From contig OZ076413.1 in the NCBI GenBank assembly GCA_964187785.1, forward strand, positions 47,928,001 to 47,988,000: a DNA stretch of 60,000 bases. Reading direction: 5' to 3'. Positions 1-11,603 of this stretch are shown here, one piece after another. Below the pieces are notes generated by a model. The model was not told the DNA's origin and did no database searches. It was given only the letters and a program-made list of their open reading frames with translations. Origin of the DNA: Amphiscolops sp. MND2022. Taxonomy: Eukaryota. Numbering within the stretch: position 1 is the first letter of the stretch; each line of letters starts with the position of its first letter. A program made the translations under genes and the position numbers.

Positions 1-2906
1 ATAGACATTTTCAGTTGTGCAGGTGAAAAAACTCGTGATCCGAACGCTACTGGTGCGAAAGTTTTCCGTTTGGAGAGTATTTTGCGTTCATCATTCTCCT
101 CAATCATGAGGGCGTAGCCTGACGCACGAAAGGTTGCGTCCGTCATTAGGACGTACTGTTTCCCTGCTATAGGCTGTCTTAGTGCGAGTCCACAAGCTTC
201 CGCTAAGCTGGCGTTGATTTCCTTAAAGTTATCGACAAGTTCTTCTGAAATTCTGATCTTGGAGTCTGCTTTAAGAAGTTCGTACATGCCGATGAGTTTT
301 TCTGATAAGCGCGGTATGTAGTTGCGGTAATAGTTAACAAAGCCAATGTACTTTTGAACTTGTTTTTTGGATTTGGGGAAGCGTACTTTGGAGAGGAAAT
401 TTTTGACTTTTTGGTCTTGCGGGGCTACTCCGTCAGGGGTGATGGTTCGTCCAAGAAATTCGATTTGGGTTACTCCAAAATGGCATTTTTCGATGGTTAG
501 TTTTAGTCCTGCTTTCCGGATGCATTTGAAGACTGCTCTGATGTTTTTTATGAGCTGTTCCGTTGTGTTTGCGGCAATGCCAATGTCATCTACGTATTGT
601 GCACATTGATCGGCTTTAATGACTGAGTCCAGATACTCACGCATGAAGCTCGAAAAGGCTGATAGGGCTCTGCTTAGTCCTTGTGCCAGGCGACGATAGG
701 CGAACGTCCTACTAGCAAAATTAAAAGCAAGTAACTCTACTGACCTTTGATCTGCCATTTGAAGGCAGTGATACGCCTGGGAGCAGTCGAGTTTGCAGAA
801 TAGTTTTTTTCCCGCTAGGTGTTGTGCCGCATCTGAGAGGGTGCTGACAGGGTGGTTGTTGTTGATGTAGTCATCTGCTATGAGTGCGTTGATTTTGCGC
901 AGATCCACCAGTAGTCTCAGTTTGCCGTTGGGTTTCCGTTGTGCAAATATAGGACTGGCGTACTTGGAGAAAGGGAGTGTCGTGATGATGCCGTATTTGA
1001 GCATCAGTGCCAGTTCCACTGTTAGGTCTTCTTTGAGATTGATCGGGACGGGTAAACTCTGTGTGTAGACTGGTTTGTCGTCCTGTGGTGTTAGGCTGAC
1101 TTTGAACTGTGTATTCATCCCGATATCTAGTCGGTGTCGAGCAAAGATGTCATTGAATTCAACAATGGTGTCCTCAAGTTTTTCACGATCTTTGCCCGTA
1201 ATTAGTGAGTCTGTCCATTTGAACATTGATAGAAATTTGTTGCGAGAGTCTTCGTTTTCGGTTGGGTCAAGTTTTTCTAGTTCGGCAAGGTCTCGCAGTT
1301 CTTTCAGGATTCGCTTTTGTATGGGCGAATGTTCTTGTTCGTTGCCTGGGTGTTCTGGGGTTGGGAACCAGAATTTTTCTTCATTGTCTTCTGGCCGTTC
1401 TACTTGCATTAGTGCGTTGATGTACGTGACTACATCGTCATGGTCATTGAGGAGATTCAGGGCGGCAATGTCAACTGGACGGATCATCTTCGTTTCTTCT
1501 GGTTTCAGGATTTGCAGTTCAGCCATTTTGGTGTCGTTGGCTATTGTGTATGGAAAATCCGTGGTGTTGGCGATTTTAATTGGGAGCTTTTTATCTCTAG
1601 CTGTTGTAATCGCTGGGGCTACTATTACTTTCGCGCATTCATCGAATTGTGGTAGGGGTTGTATTGTGCCCGTTATTGGGTGCTCAATACTCACAGGAAT
1701 TGTTACGTAGATGACTCGGGTAGAGTGCGCTGGGATTGTATGCTTGGCTTCGGTCTTTATTGTGATGGGTTTGGGATTGCACTTTTGTCTTTCGTCTGTG
1801 AGCGCCATCGTGATTTGAATCTTGGGAAAGTTGATGGTTCCTTGTGCTGTGTCAAGGATTGCGGCATGCTTTCGTAGAAACGCTAATCCAATTATGGGGA
1901 ATGACGTTTGATTCATGATGATGAATGTTTCTTCAAAAGTGTAATCCCCTATTTTGAAGCGTAGAGTGTACGTGGCAAGTGGTTGTTCTAGTTCGGCATT
2001 GGCGTATTGCACTTTGAAAGGGGGTGGAGGTGCTTTGTTAATAATGCATTGACTCGCATTTTGGTGGAGTTTTTCAGCATCCCGTTCGCTAATAGCATTA
2101 ATGTACGCACCTGAGTCGACTAAGGCTTCGATTTTGACAGTGTTGAATTCGATTGGTAGGAAGAGCATTCTCTTTTTCTTCTTGAGGGCAATTGCAGACA
2201 TTAACGGGATGTAGTCGTCTTCCTTGTCGTGCTGGATGAATTCTTTGATGACATCTAGATCTTCTGGTAGTGTTGGGTGACATTCCGTTATTTCTTCGTC
2301 TTCAGCGGCTATTGCTGTGGCTGGCGCGGTTTGTGGTGATGACGAGAGCGAAGCGGTGTTTTCTCGCTGTTCTCTTGCTTGTCGTGACCATATTGTTTTG
2401 TCTTCAATGCATATGATGTTTTCGGCATCGATCGGTGTGGACGTGACGGTGACGGGTGCTGTTGGGGACGGTGTTGTTCTTTTTAGGATCGGTGACGGCG
2501 GTGACGGTAGGTTTGTGGTCTTCGTAGTTTGAGCTTGAGGGTTTGAGACTTGGATTTTGAAGGATAGTTTATTTGTATCATAGATAGTTGGTTCATCCCA
2601 AGGGTCGCATCTGTAGTCTCTGTCATATATATAAATTCGGTCTGTTTTTGATTCCGGCAACGGTCTTTTGAGCGTCGCGTAGTTATCGGGCGATTCTGTT
2701 ATCCACTGGGGTAGTGGTGTTGGATCTTCTGGGTGTCTGGCGTTATGCCTGAGTATCATGCCTACGTTCCAGCGGCGTTGCCAGTCTTGAGTTGGTTCTT
2801 CATTACATTCAGTTAAAAAATCTTCTTCATACCTGTTTGGGGGGTCCTCTATCGTGTACGCCCTCGCGTCTACTTTTTCCCCAAATCGTAGGCGCGGCGA
2901 TTTTAG
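1..2906 (-). CDS. pol: Pol polyprotein (aspartic protease, reverse transcriptase, RNase H; truncated by the window edge), expressed via -1 frameshift
   Basis: Manual translation: VKIEALVDSGAYINAIS (D at 2117-2115), QYVDDIGIAA (596-585) and YVLMTDATFRASGYAL (D at 140-138). All three are in the same frame as the -1 frame after the slippery site at 2912-2906. Confidence 0.9.
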
Positions 2907-2912
2907 TTTTTT
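2858..2912 (-). promoter_or_regulatory. -1 programmed ribosomal frameshift signal (A AAA AAC heptamer plus downstream stem-loop)
   Basis: Minus strand reads CCA AAA AAC TAA at the gag stop, followed by CGCGCCTAC...GTAGACGCG pairing arms. The -1 frame continues into pol. Confidence 0.8.
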
Positions 2913-4312
2913 GGCTGAGAGGACGTGGTAGGTACAGGTTGTTCACTGATTTTGTTGGTTGGGATTGTGAATTCTCGTTTCTTCTTCCTGGGGTCATTTA
3001 CTGCGTTGGCTCCGTTCCAACAATTCTCAGTTTTGTGCATCTTGCCACATGTATCACACTTGGGTTTGGGTACTTCGTTTTGGGCTGGGTCTTTTGTGTT
3101 TGTTTTGGCGGTATTGTAACGCTCTCGTTGAAGTTTGCGACACTGTGCCTTGTAGTGGCCATATTTGCCACAGTGAAAACAATGGCCTCGTTGTTGTTGG
3201 TCTTTTTTATGGTCCGTCACTACGGCGTCCACTGTGTTGAGTGGGACTAGGATTGTTTCATCGGGCGCACCTAGTCCGTTTAATCTCATTTCCCTCTCAA
3301 GATGTAAAACTATGTCATTGTAGGGTTTATCTTCCAAATATGCTCTGTTGAGGATCTTTTTGACGTGATCCGGCATTTTGGCGTAGATTGCTTTATCAAT
3401 GAATTTTTGTGCTTCTGAGCCGAATGCTTCCTTTGCAGTTTTTTGCAGGGTGTCAAGGAACTCATGGAGTTTCTGTTTAGTGGGATCAAAATGCAGGGCG
3501 TCCCACTCACATCTCGCTTTAGCGGATGATTGGAAATCACCAAAGCGGCGTTTAAATGCCGTTATGACTTCTTCTAGGTTGTCTTTTTTGGTGTCATCGA
3601 GATTACAATACGCTTGTAGTGCGTTTCCTCGTAGGAGTGAATGAAAGTAGTTGATCTTTTGTATCTCGGTTAGGTGAGGATACATTTTGATATTGTTGCG
3701 GAATAGGTCCTCAAAAAGTTCAAACTTTTCGGACTTACCATCGAAAACTGGGAGCGAAGCAGTGAGTGCTTTCGGCATCGGAAGTAGATTGGTTGATGGG
3801 AATGTCTGTTGTTGTGGGGCAAACAGGATCTTTGATGTGGAGGGACGGTCTTTTTGTTGTTCGTTGAGTATACGTTGCGTTTTCGGTCTTTTCGTGGGTT
3901 GGTTGGTAGAGTCATTGAGGACTCCTGTCACCATGTTACGACTATTAACCGGTGTTGTTTTAGAACTAGTCGCAGTTTGTGTCTTGACTGGAGTGGACGT
4001 TCTCGTCACGGAGATGTTTTCTAGGTCAGAATCAGAATCTTGTATGTTCGAGCTAACTGAGCGTTTCTTGTTCGCTGGTGCTATTAATTTAAGCATTTCC
4101 TTCTGGTTTTCGGCTAATATCTTTGTTAGATCAGTCATTATTTCTTTTCTCAGAGTTGTTTTTATTTCCTCCAGGTTTTCAAACTCGAGTCTAGGATTTT
4201 TACTAGAGCTAGGTATCAGGTTTTCAGTAGAGTTATTTTCAGTTAAGGAAGCTTCGAAATCTCCTGACACTAATTCAGCTACAGCTTTCCTCTTCTGGCT
4301 TCTAGTGGTCAT
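2903..4312 (-). CDS. gag: Gag protein (469 aa)
   Basis: ORF track. Contains LPVFDGKSEKFELFEDLF capsid-like motif, CFHCGKYGHYKAQC and CDTCGKMHKTENC zinc knuckles. Confidence 0.9.
   Translation of the reverse strand: MTTRSQKRKAVAELVSGDFEASLTENNSTENLIPSSSKNPRLEFENLEEIKTTLRKEIMTDLTKILAENQKEMLKLIAPANKKRSVSSNIQDSDSDLENISVTRTSTPVKTQTATSSKTTPVNSRNMVTGVLNDSTNQPTKRPKTQRILNEQQKDRPSTSKILFAPQQQTFPSTNLLPMPKALTASLPVFDGKSEKFELFEDLFRNNIKMYPHLTEIQKINYFHSLLRGNALQAYCNLDDTKKDNLEEVITAFKRRFGDFQSSAKARCEWDALHFDPTKQKLHEFLDTLQKTAKEAFGSEAQKFIDKAIYAKMPDHVKKILNRAYLEDKPYNDIVLHLEREMRLNGLGAPDETILVPLNTVDAVVTDHKKDQQQRGHCFHCGKYGHYKAQCRKLQRERYNTAKTNTKDPAQNEVPKPKCDTCGKMHKTENCWNGANAVNDPRKKKREFTIPTNKISEQPVPTTSSQPKN
3921..3933 (-). 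promoter_or_regulatory. Primer-binding site (tRNA-Leu-like 3' end ACTCCTGTCACCA)
   Basis: Identical 13-mer at 23075-23087, in the same position next to an LTR end. Confidence 0.7.
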
Positions 4313-5250
4313 TTTTTAATGTTAAAAATGATTCTTCGGCAATAGATGAATTCTTCGAAGATGATTTTGTTCAACGTTGAAACAACGAAAACAGTTTAAG
4401 TTTATTACAACTTGCAAAACACAACTCACTAACTTTACATGTCTCGTCTAAGTATATATACCTTCTTAGCGTCATTTGTTCCTCACCTAAAAATTCCTAG
4501 GAATCGCAAAAATCAGGTTTGTTCAACAAAAAGCGCTAATGATTCATATCATTTCAGTCCCGCGTCGTAAAAATCAGGCATCAAAATTCCTAGTTGCGAC
4601 AGTGTTCCGTAAATTTGTTGAAATCATTTTTGTTCAGGCAATCCCATTTCCTGTTTAAGTCTCAAAATTGCGGTAAAATAAAAGTCTAGCTTGCATTTTC
4701 ATCAGCGTAAGTACGCCGGCATGAACAATTAGTCAATTTTCAATTTGGGAGATTGAGATTCGAAGTAAAAGAATGACTCGCAAAAATTAACGAAATTGAA
4801 ACGAGGCAAAAGGAATTTTGGACTACGGATATTTGAATATTATTGAGGAACAAGCAACGCTAAGAAAAACATAATGATGATTAATCGGTTAATTTGTAAA
4901 CTGAACAACTGCACCAACAGAAAATCCAACTTTGACCTATACGTGGTCATAACGTAACAAGTACGTATTGCAAAGTACAAATAGATAGGAAAGAAATGTA
5001 TTTGCAGGCAATAATTATTCTGCACTTGATTGGGCTTCGTATATGAATAAACAGGGCAGGCATCCTGCATCAATAGCACTTGGTTTGGGTTTTGACGTTG
5101 ACCTTACGTTACGTTCTGTGAAACATTTTAATGATAAACAACTAATCATTGAATACATAAACTCTTAATGTAACGTAAGGCACACGTGAATTGAGAAACT
5201 ATTGCAATAGCATTGTTACTCTTCGATCATAGTTTTAGCCCCTTCTTACA
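3934..5250 (-). repeat. 5' LTR of the Gypsy element (contains the first 126 codons of gag)
   Basis: TGT...ACA termini. The inner end abuts the PBS, and the same terminus TGTTACGACT occurs in the related LTRs at 19932 and 23088. Confidence 0.65.
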
Positions 5251-6432
5251 GTACAATCTTTTACATGTGGACTTGTTTTCAAAAAACCCTTTAAGTGCGT
5301 CGATTCAGAAAAATCCTTATTTGATTTCGGTTTAAACTAATACTTCACCGCTATTATTTTACGAATTGTTCCGTACGTATTAAGATTGGTTATAGCTGAA
5401 CGGCGGAATACAATTTTACAATCCGCTCCGTAGCTGTCCCGTACGTATTAAGGTTGCTCATAGCTTAGCTATCGGACCAAGCGGAGAGAAAGCGGAGTGC
5501 GTAGGTGAATTCATTCTCTCTCTCTTATTCCAATTGGTGTTGCTAGCGGCAACCGAAATTGCTTCTATTCAACTTAGCTAAGAATAGTTCTATCAATAGA
5601 GTGACGTTATTGGTCCGTAGAAGCAAAATTCCTATTATTAGCTCAGTAGATTGGCGTTGCCATAGCGTTGTAAATATTTGCCTAAATCACTTGGCTGTGC
5701 TTTAAGTGAATATTGACAACCACTTCATCTCTGGAAAACAATTCCGCTCTATTATTTGTCTGTTCCTTTTCATTTTAGATTGTATGAATTCCGTTGGGAT
5801 CTCGGAATTGAATTTATTTTAATGTTTTCATTTTAGTGTGGACCAGTGGAAGGAATGATCCCAATTATAAATGTTCATTTTAGTGTTTAGATTAGTATGG
5901 CAGAAAATCAGAAGATCATACCGGAAATGAAAAATCTTATCACGCGCGGAGAAATAGTTAACCGGAAGTTTTAGTTAAAAATCATTTCTGAAAAACGTTC
6001 CGTAACGTTTACGTTAGGTTTTGTATTCGAGAAATTATCTGCAACCGATTTAGCTGTACTGTAAGTAAAATTTAGATCAGTTTAAAATTAAGTTAGTTTA
6101 ATAGAGTTTACCTCGGCCTTGTCCCCGGCCAATTTCGAAACCAGGTATCCCACTGCAGCAGCTATAATCCCGACCGGGAGCGGGTCGTGACAATGTTTAA
6201 GTTAACCTGCAAACTATTTATAGCTTGTATGACGTCACCATTATTTTTAGCCCAAAGACATCCTGAATTAACAGTGTCATGGTGCTTGGAGTATATATAG
6301 CTGCCATTCATGGATTGAAACATCATTGCTGTATTACAAACGCTCAATTGCAAACCTTACTTTCTTGACCTATTGTCACAAAGATCAGTTGGAATTTCAA
6401 AATGAGAACCTACTTTTTGAAATACTTACCTT

Positions 6433-6951
6433 TTGAAATGCCCTTTAAAAAGCAAAAGGCTAACGAGAATCGTTCTAGACAGTCAAACGTCAAACGTTTT
6501 GTCATATATAGAGAGCATAGATGTAATTTTAGGGAATGAGTATGGAGAACAGCAAGTAGAAAGCGAAATTGTTATTGACCTTGAGTCAAGGGGACTGCAT
6601 AGAAGTACCAATCAAATTGGTAAAGGTTTTAGGTCTCTGGTAAAGACTAGTAGTTGTGAAAATAGTGGATATACTGTGTGGACATGCAGAATAGTCTTTT
6701 TTGAAATTACTACTCAGATGTTTACAAAATTAGAAGAGATGAGATCTGATCTGAATTCGCATATGCCTAATACAATAAACTCAGCAATTACGGAAAGAGT
6801 GTTGCCGATTATTCGAAACGCCCTCATGACGCAAAATAGCGACTCAAACGCTAAAGTGAACCTTCAGTCAGACGGACTGAAACGGAACCCAGATGTAGAA
6901 CCCAATTACCTAACTTGTGTTCAGAACAACGCAACCCAAATCACATACTGA
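6433..6951 (+). pseudogene. Degenerate retroelement gag N-terminal/coiled-coil-like remnant
   Basis: ORF with a heptad-like stretch (EITTQMFTKLEEMRSDLNSH...NSAITERVLP) similar in character to the LTR-borne Gag N-termini in this window. No catalytic motifs. Confidence 0.3.
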
Positions 6952-8514
6952 ACTACGTTGCCAAAAAATCCAAAGTAACTAATCACATAAGAGAGGGAGT
7001 TCAATTGACTTCCAAGAGAATGACGATAGTTATTACTCTTTTGCTCAATTTTCGATAAAAAAAAACCTCTATATCCTCAAACTCAAAAAGGCACCCAGAA
7101 GTTTAGTTTGCAACTCTAAGGTATTCAATCCCACAGTCCCATATCGTTTATCAATTTCAAAAAAATCGTACGTTACATATTTAGTTTTTTGGTTCATTCA
7201 GTCAGTTTTACTAGAAAAACCTAATGATTTTCACTACAAAAGAGCTGACTATCCACGAACTGCCTTTTTTAAAAACTGTCGCTATAACCACGCAAACGTT
7301 CAAACTTGGTACAAAAACTGACTAGAACTGTCAAAAAAAGTTTTAGTCCAGTTTTCTTCATTCCATGCATTTTTTCGAATGAAAAATTTCACCTTTTCAA
7401 ACCAATATTATAAAAATATCATCAGCAAGCCAAATCCAGCTAAAATTTTACTTAAATAGCACAAACGTAACACGATTGGCTTTTTTACAGTTTTGCCACT
7501 TCGGTAGCATTTCGCTACAGTGAAAGAACAAAAAACTCAACATTTTCTCTGTAAATGTATACTGAAATACTACTAGTTTTGTCTTTGAACTTTTTGATTT
7601 TCCATATTCACGGAATCGCTCAAATCGTGAAGAAAATATACCGGAAAGAGTCGTTGACTGGTTCTGTGTGGATTAGATTACCGCACCAAACCAAAGCGTT
7701 TTTGAGCGTGCAGCGGTAGAGGAAAGAGCAAAGGGTGCGCATTTGAAGGTTTTCGTCATTGTACGGGTTACGAAAGAAAATTTTCTGTAACATTTTCTCT
7801 CAAGAAGTTTCAAGTAAAATAGTTCCAAAAAAGTTTTAGACCTTTTGGTTTTCGAGCTTTCTGTGAATTTATAAACACTAACTTAGAGTCCTTAAAGGAT
7901 AAGAGTTTTCTCAACAAACATATAAAAGACATGTTTCGGCTCTGTGAGAGTATTTGTGAAACGAAAATTTTTCATCTAGAAATTTGCTGCTTTGTGTGTT
8001 TTGATGCTTTCAGTATATTCCAGCATGAAGGGTCGCATATTTCTGATTTTGACACAGGGTGGTTTTTGGAACCGAAATGATTCAGGAAGAGTTATGATAT
8101 TTTGTTTTTGTGATAATAATGCTCCGCTTAGAAAATTTCAGTTGTAACAATAAAATAATCTCAGTTTTACTTGTATTGATGACATTTTCTCAATAATTGT
8201 GCAAACAACTTAACCGACACTGAGCACTTTTTCACGATTTTTTTTCTGTTCACTAGAGGCTTCGTGTTTTTTGAAAACGAAAATATTTTCAGTGTATAAC
8301 ACGCGTTCTTTGTTCCCTGAACATCACATTTTTTGGTAATTTTTGCACAATGCATTTTTTAACCAATTGTTTCAGGAAAAATTGCTAAATCGAACTTTGT
8401 GATTTTTTCCGTTAGGTAACAAGTCTTTTCTTTGTCATGTAAGATCCTCCTGGAAAAAATAGTGATGTAACAGTATACGAAAAATATCGCACATTACAGT
8501 GCAAAAGTAGGTAT

Positions 8515-8825
8515 TTTGAATTTTTGCAGTGGATTTCGCTGGACGGCAGTTATGGAAAGCGTGCAGCGTAATCCACTAACAAATGCTGTTATTCGCTGCT
8601 GCTGCAGTCGATTCCACTTTTTTGCAGATTTCTTCGCAGCGAATTTCGCTGCAATGCATTGGATTCCACTATCAAATACCTTAAACATTCGGATCTTGCA
8701 GTGGATTCCACTTAACACTGCCGCGGATTCCACTAAACGCTGCAGTGGACTCCGCCGATGGCCGCAGTGGAATCCGCCATTAACTGTAGTGGACTCCACT
8801 GCAGTGTTTTAGTGGAATTCACTGA
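8515..8825. repeat. Array of short imperfect palindromes (GCAGTGGA[TA]TCCACT), MITE-like
   Basis: Repeated cagtggattccact / cagtggaatccgcc / tagtggactccactgcagtg motifs in both orientations. Confidence 0.6.
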
Positions 8826-10150
8826 ATTCTTTCAATACCAACCTACAAAGAATATCAACCATCGAAAAGAAGTGGAGTTCATGTACTTCAGTGCCTAAAG
8901 GTTCTTCCTTCACGTGTTCAACTTTGAGAATGAGAAACATTTTCAGAATCACCAAGTGTCACAAAAAGAAGGATTCAGAATTTCTTCTTTTGGTTCAAAA
9001 TTATTACTAGGTGCCTCTTGTGATGGTTTTATTTTAGCAGCTCTTCGAATATCAAGATCTTGCTTGCTCTCTGTCTTCAAGATTATGTACACGGACATCA
9101 TGAAGAGTTTCTATTCTTCGGATGACGTATGTTCCACGTGGGTTTGCACTTGTTTGTTACCGCATGTAAAAGTTACTGAAGGAGGAGCCATGTTGCTACC
9201 CGGGGACAATCGATTACACCAGGTAAAGTATCGCTAGTTGGCATCGGTACAAATTGTTGGTTTGCCACCTCGGCAGACACTGGAAATTCATTGCAATCCG
9301 AGGCTACAAGGACTAGTCCAACTCAATTGGACCAAAATGGACGAGTTTATCCAGGTGTTTTGTAAAGGTACTTCTTCAGCAGCTGCGGAACAAAGAATTT
9401 TTTGCTTGGCGATCGGACAGTCAAATGCGTGATTCTCTGACCCAAAAACAAAACATGATCTTAGTTTCCTTACTCTTCGCAGCTGACCACATACATACGA
9501 CTGACTATTTTTCCCACAGACCTGGGGGATTGTTGGGCTGAGTATGACTTTAGTAGTTGTTCCGCTCATTTTTTTGACGGCTCTGGCATAGCTAGATTTG
9601 CCTGTGGGAAGAAACTAGACCAAGGAGGATCGTTGTGCGTATCACTCCTATGTTGTGTGTTGTAGCGACAACTTCTTCTTCGGTGAAGTTATATTCCTCC
9701 CATTTTTTACAATCCCTCAGCCACTAGTGAGTTGGCAAGATGTTTTTGGACGAGTATGTAACCAATAACCTAAAATGTATGTCTGAGCATGTATGTTACC
9801 CCATCAATAAAACGCTAAGAGTGTTCTCATCGTATAGTTAAGATAGGTTCATCTGGAACCCTTCACTTCGCATTTTTTCTAACGCGTCAGGAAGATGCAT
9901 GATGTCCTTTGTAGGACCTTGTTCACAGCTGGTAAACGACTAACGCAATTGCACCTGGTTACCACAAGTGGCAATTCTGCTCGCTTAACGCAAAGTCTTT
10001 TTCTAGATTATACGCTTTGACTCTGAGCTGTTGATTAGGTAATGCGTACTTCAGACTCTAAGTTTCTAAGCTCTAGTTAAGCTTTGTCAATCACGGAAGT
10101 AATGGCTCATCTCTGGAATCTAACCCAGCCAAACCACCAATTTTAGAACT

Positions 10151-11603
10151 CATGAAGAAGAAGTGTGCCCTGCCAAAGGCAGGGCAAGTTTCTCAGGCAT
10201 CCCTTGGTTAGAGGGAGCCTATAAAACATTCACTTATATAACAAGGTATGGATTCATACATCAATGGTTGGCTTGGGTAGCTGGTTAGTGTTCTTCTGCT
10301 AGGGTTGCTTCTGCGGTGGCTGCCTCGTTGGGGGTAGGCTCTGGTACTTGGTTGAAGTTCGCCCGCTGATCTAGATTTCCATCTTCAAAGTCTCAAACTC
10401 ACTTGGCTATTATGCTGTGTTCTGGGCCAATCAGAATCGAGAGAATTGTGGCTGTTTTGTCTCATCCAATCAGGATTGAGCATTTGGGACGGACCGGAAC
10501 GAGGGAGTGTCGAATGCTTCTAAAAGTCGAGTCTCAAACAGCATCTTGTCCATAAACTGTCCGATGTTTGTGTTTGTCAAGGTTGTTCCTGGTACATTGT
10601 CTTTTACGTATGTCAAGGCATTTTGTACGTAGTAACAGATAATGTTTTTATGGTTTTCCAGTCTTGGTCACATTTGACTTTAACTTCATTGATTTTCTGT
10701 TCTACTTCAGCTCTGGGTGCGGGTAGTTTTTCGATTGCAGCCTTTTTCTTGTTAGCTTGTTTTTCCTGGATCAATTCGGTCCTTGTCTTGCATCCCTTGT
10801 ATGTGGATGGGTGACATTCGCCACAGTTACTGCACTTTTTTGTGTTAGCTTGGCATTCTTTTCTATCATGTTTCCCTCGGCATTTGCTGCAGGCTGTTTC
10901 GTTGTTACATTCCTTGGCTATATGGTTGAACTTGTTACACTTGAAGCACTGTTGCACTTCAATTGGCTTTTCTCTTGGTTTTTCACACTTGAATTTCTGG
11001 AAGCCAAGAGTGATGCCATCACTCAGGGCTCTTTCGTATGTCTCCTTGTCTTTGGTGAACACTCTCACCAAGGGAGTTGGTTGATTAGTGGTTCTACTAG
11101 TTATCCTTATAACTTTGCTGAAAGAGACATTTTTCTTCTTGAGTTCATCTTCAATGGCTTTTGTATCGATTGCTCGATTTACGCCTAATATAACAAATTG
11201 GTGTTCATTATATCTTGTTTCCGGCTCTCGTACTTTCATTCCAGGTAGTCCTTTCAGTAGCTCATTTTTGACACGGTTGGTTTTGGCAAAGACCAAGTAG
11301 CCTGTACCAGACCTAAGAGGCCGGATTTCTTTCAGACTTTCGCCAAGGTTTTCTCTAAGAAAGTTTGAAAACTCAATTGTGTTCATTCGTGATTCAACTA
11401 CAACTGGTGTTGTAGTATTGTTTGGTGTCCAAATTGTTGGGCTAGTTCTCTGTCTTTTTGCACTTCTCTCCACAGTCTTGAACTCGGTTCCGATTTCCGG
11501 AGAAATCATTTTTACAGTCGGCTGATTAAGGCAAACTGGTTGTCTTCTTGCTGTTGATTGATTGTTTCTTGCTTCGTCAGTAGAGTTCTCTTGAGTTGAT
11601 AAA
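10151..11603 (-). mobile_element. Non-autonomous non-LTR retroelement encoding only an ORF1/Gag-like protein
   Basis: Perfect 20-bp TSD AAACCACCAATTTTAGAACT (10131-10150 and 11604-11623). The 3' end has a 9-bp perfect hairpin and a short (CTT)n tail. No room for an ORF2. Confidence 0.85.
10613..11509 (-). CDS. LINE ORF1p-like nucleic-acid-binding protein (RRM-like region plus three CCHC zinc knuckles)
   Basis: CFKCNKFNHIAKEC, CSKCRGKHDRKEC and CSNCGECHPSTYKGC. The upstream FVILGV...TPLVRV motifs are typical of I/Jockey/R1-group ORF1. Confidence 0.85.
   Translation of the reverse strand: MISPEIGTEFKTVERSAKRQRTSPTIWTPNNTTTPVVVESRMNTIEFSNFLRENLGESLKEIRPLRSGTGYLVFAKTNRVKNELLKGLPGMKVREPETRYNEHQFVILGVNRAIDTKAIEDELKKKNVSFSKVIRITSRTTNQPTPLVRVFTKDKETYERALSDGITLGFQKFKCEKPREKPIEVQQCFKCNKFNHIAKECNNETACSKCRGKHDRKECQANTKKCSNCGECHPSTYKGCKTRTELIQEKQANKKKAAIEKLPAPRAEVEQKINEVKVKCDQDWKTIKTLSVTTYKMP

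Larger units (their letters stand above)
1..5250 (-). mobile_element. Ty3/Gypsy-type LTR retrotransposon, 5' part (5' LTR, gag, pol running off the left window edge)
   Basis: Minus-strand gag with CCHC knuckle, then pol in PR-RT-RH order. LTR end GTAACA at 3934 is immediately followed by PBS TGGTGACAGGAGT (3933-3921). LTR start TGTAAG at 5250 is tentative. Confidence 0.9.

Noticed and set aside
367..4319. Plus-strand ORFs (e.g. 1075-1710, 3687-4319)
   Set aside because: Antisense shadows of gag/pol with no independent motifs.
5367..6192. Possible solo LTR (TGTTCC...GTGACA)
   Set aside because: No matching TSD found at the candidate ends, so boundaries are unsupported.
8830..10130. Possible gag/zinc-knuckle remnant on the minus strand
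   Set aside because: Too degenerate; only one partial Cys/His pattern.
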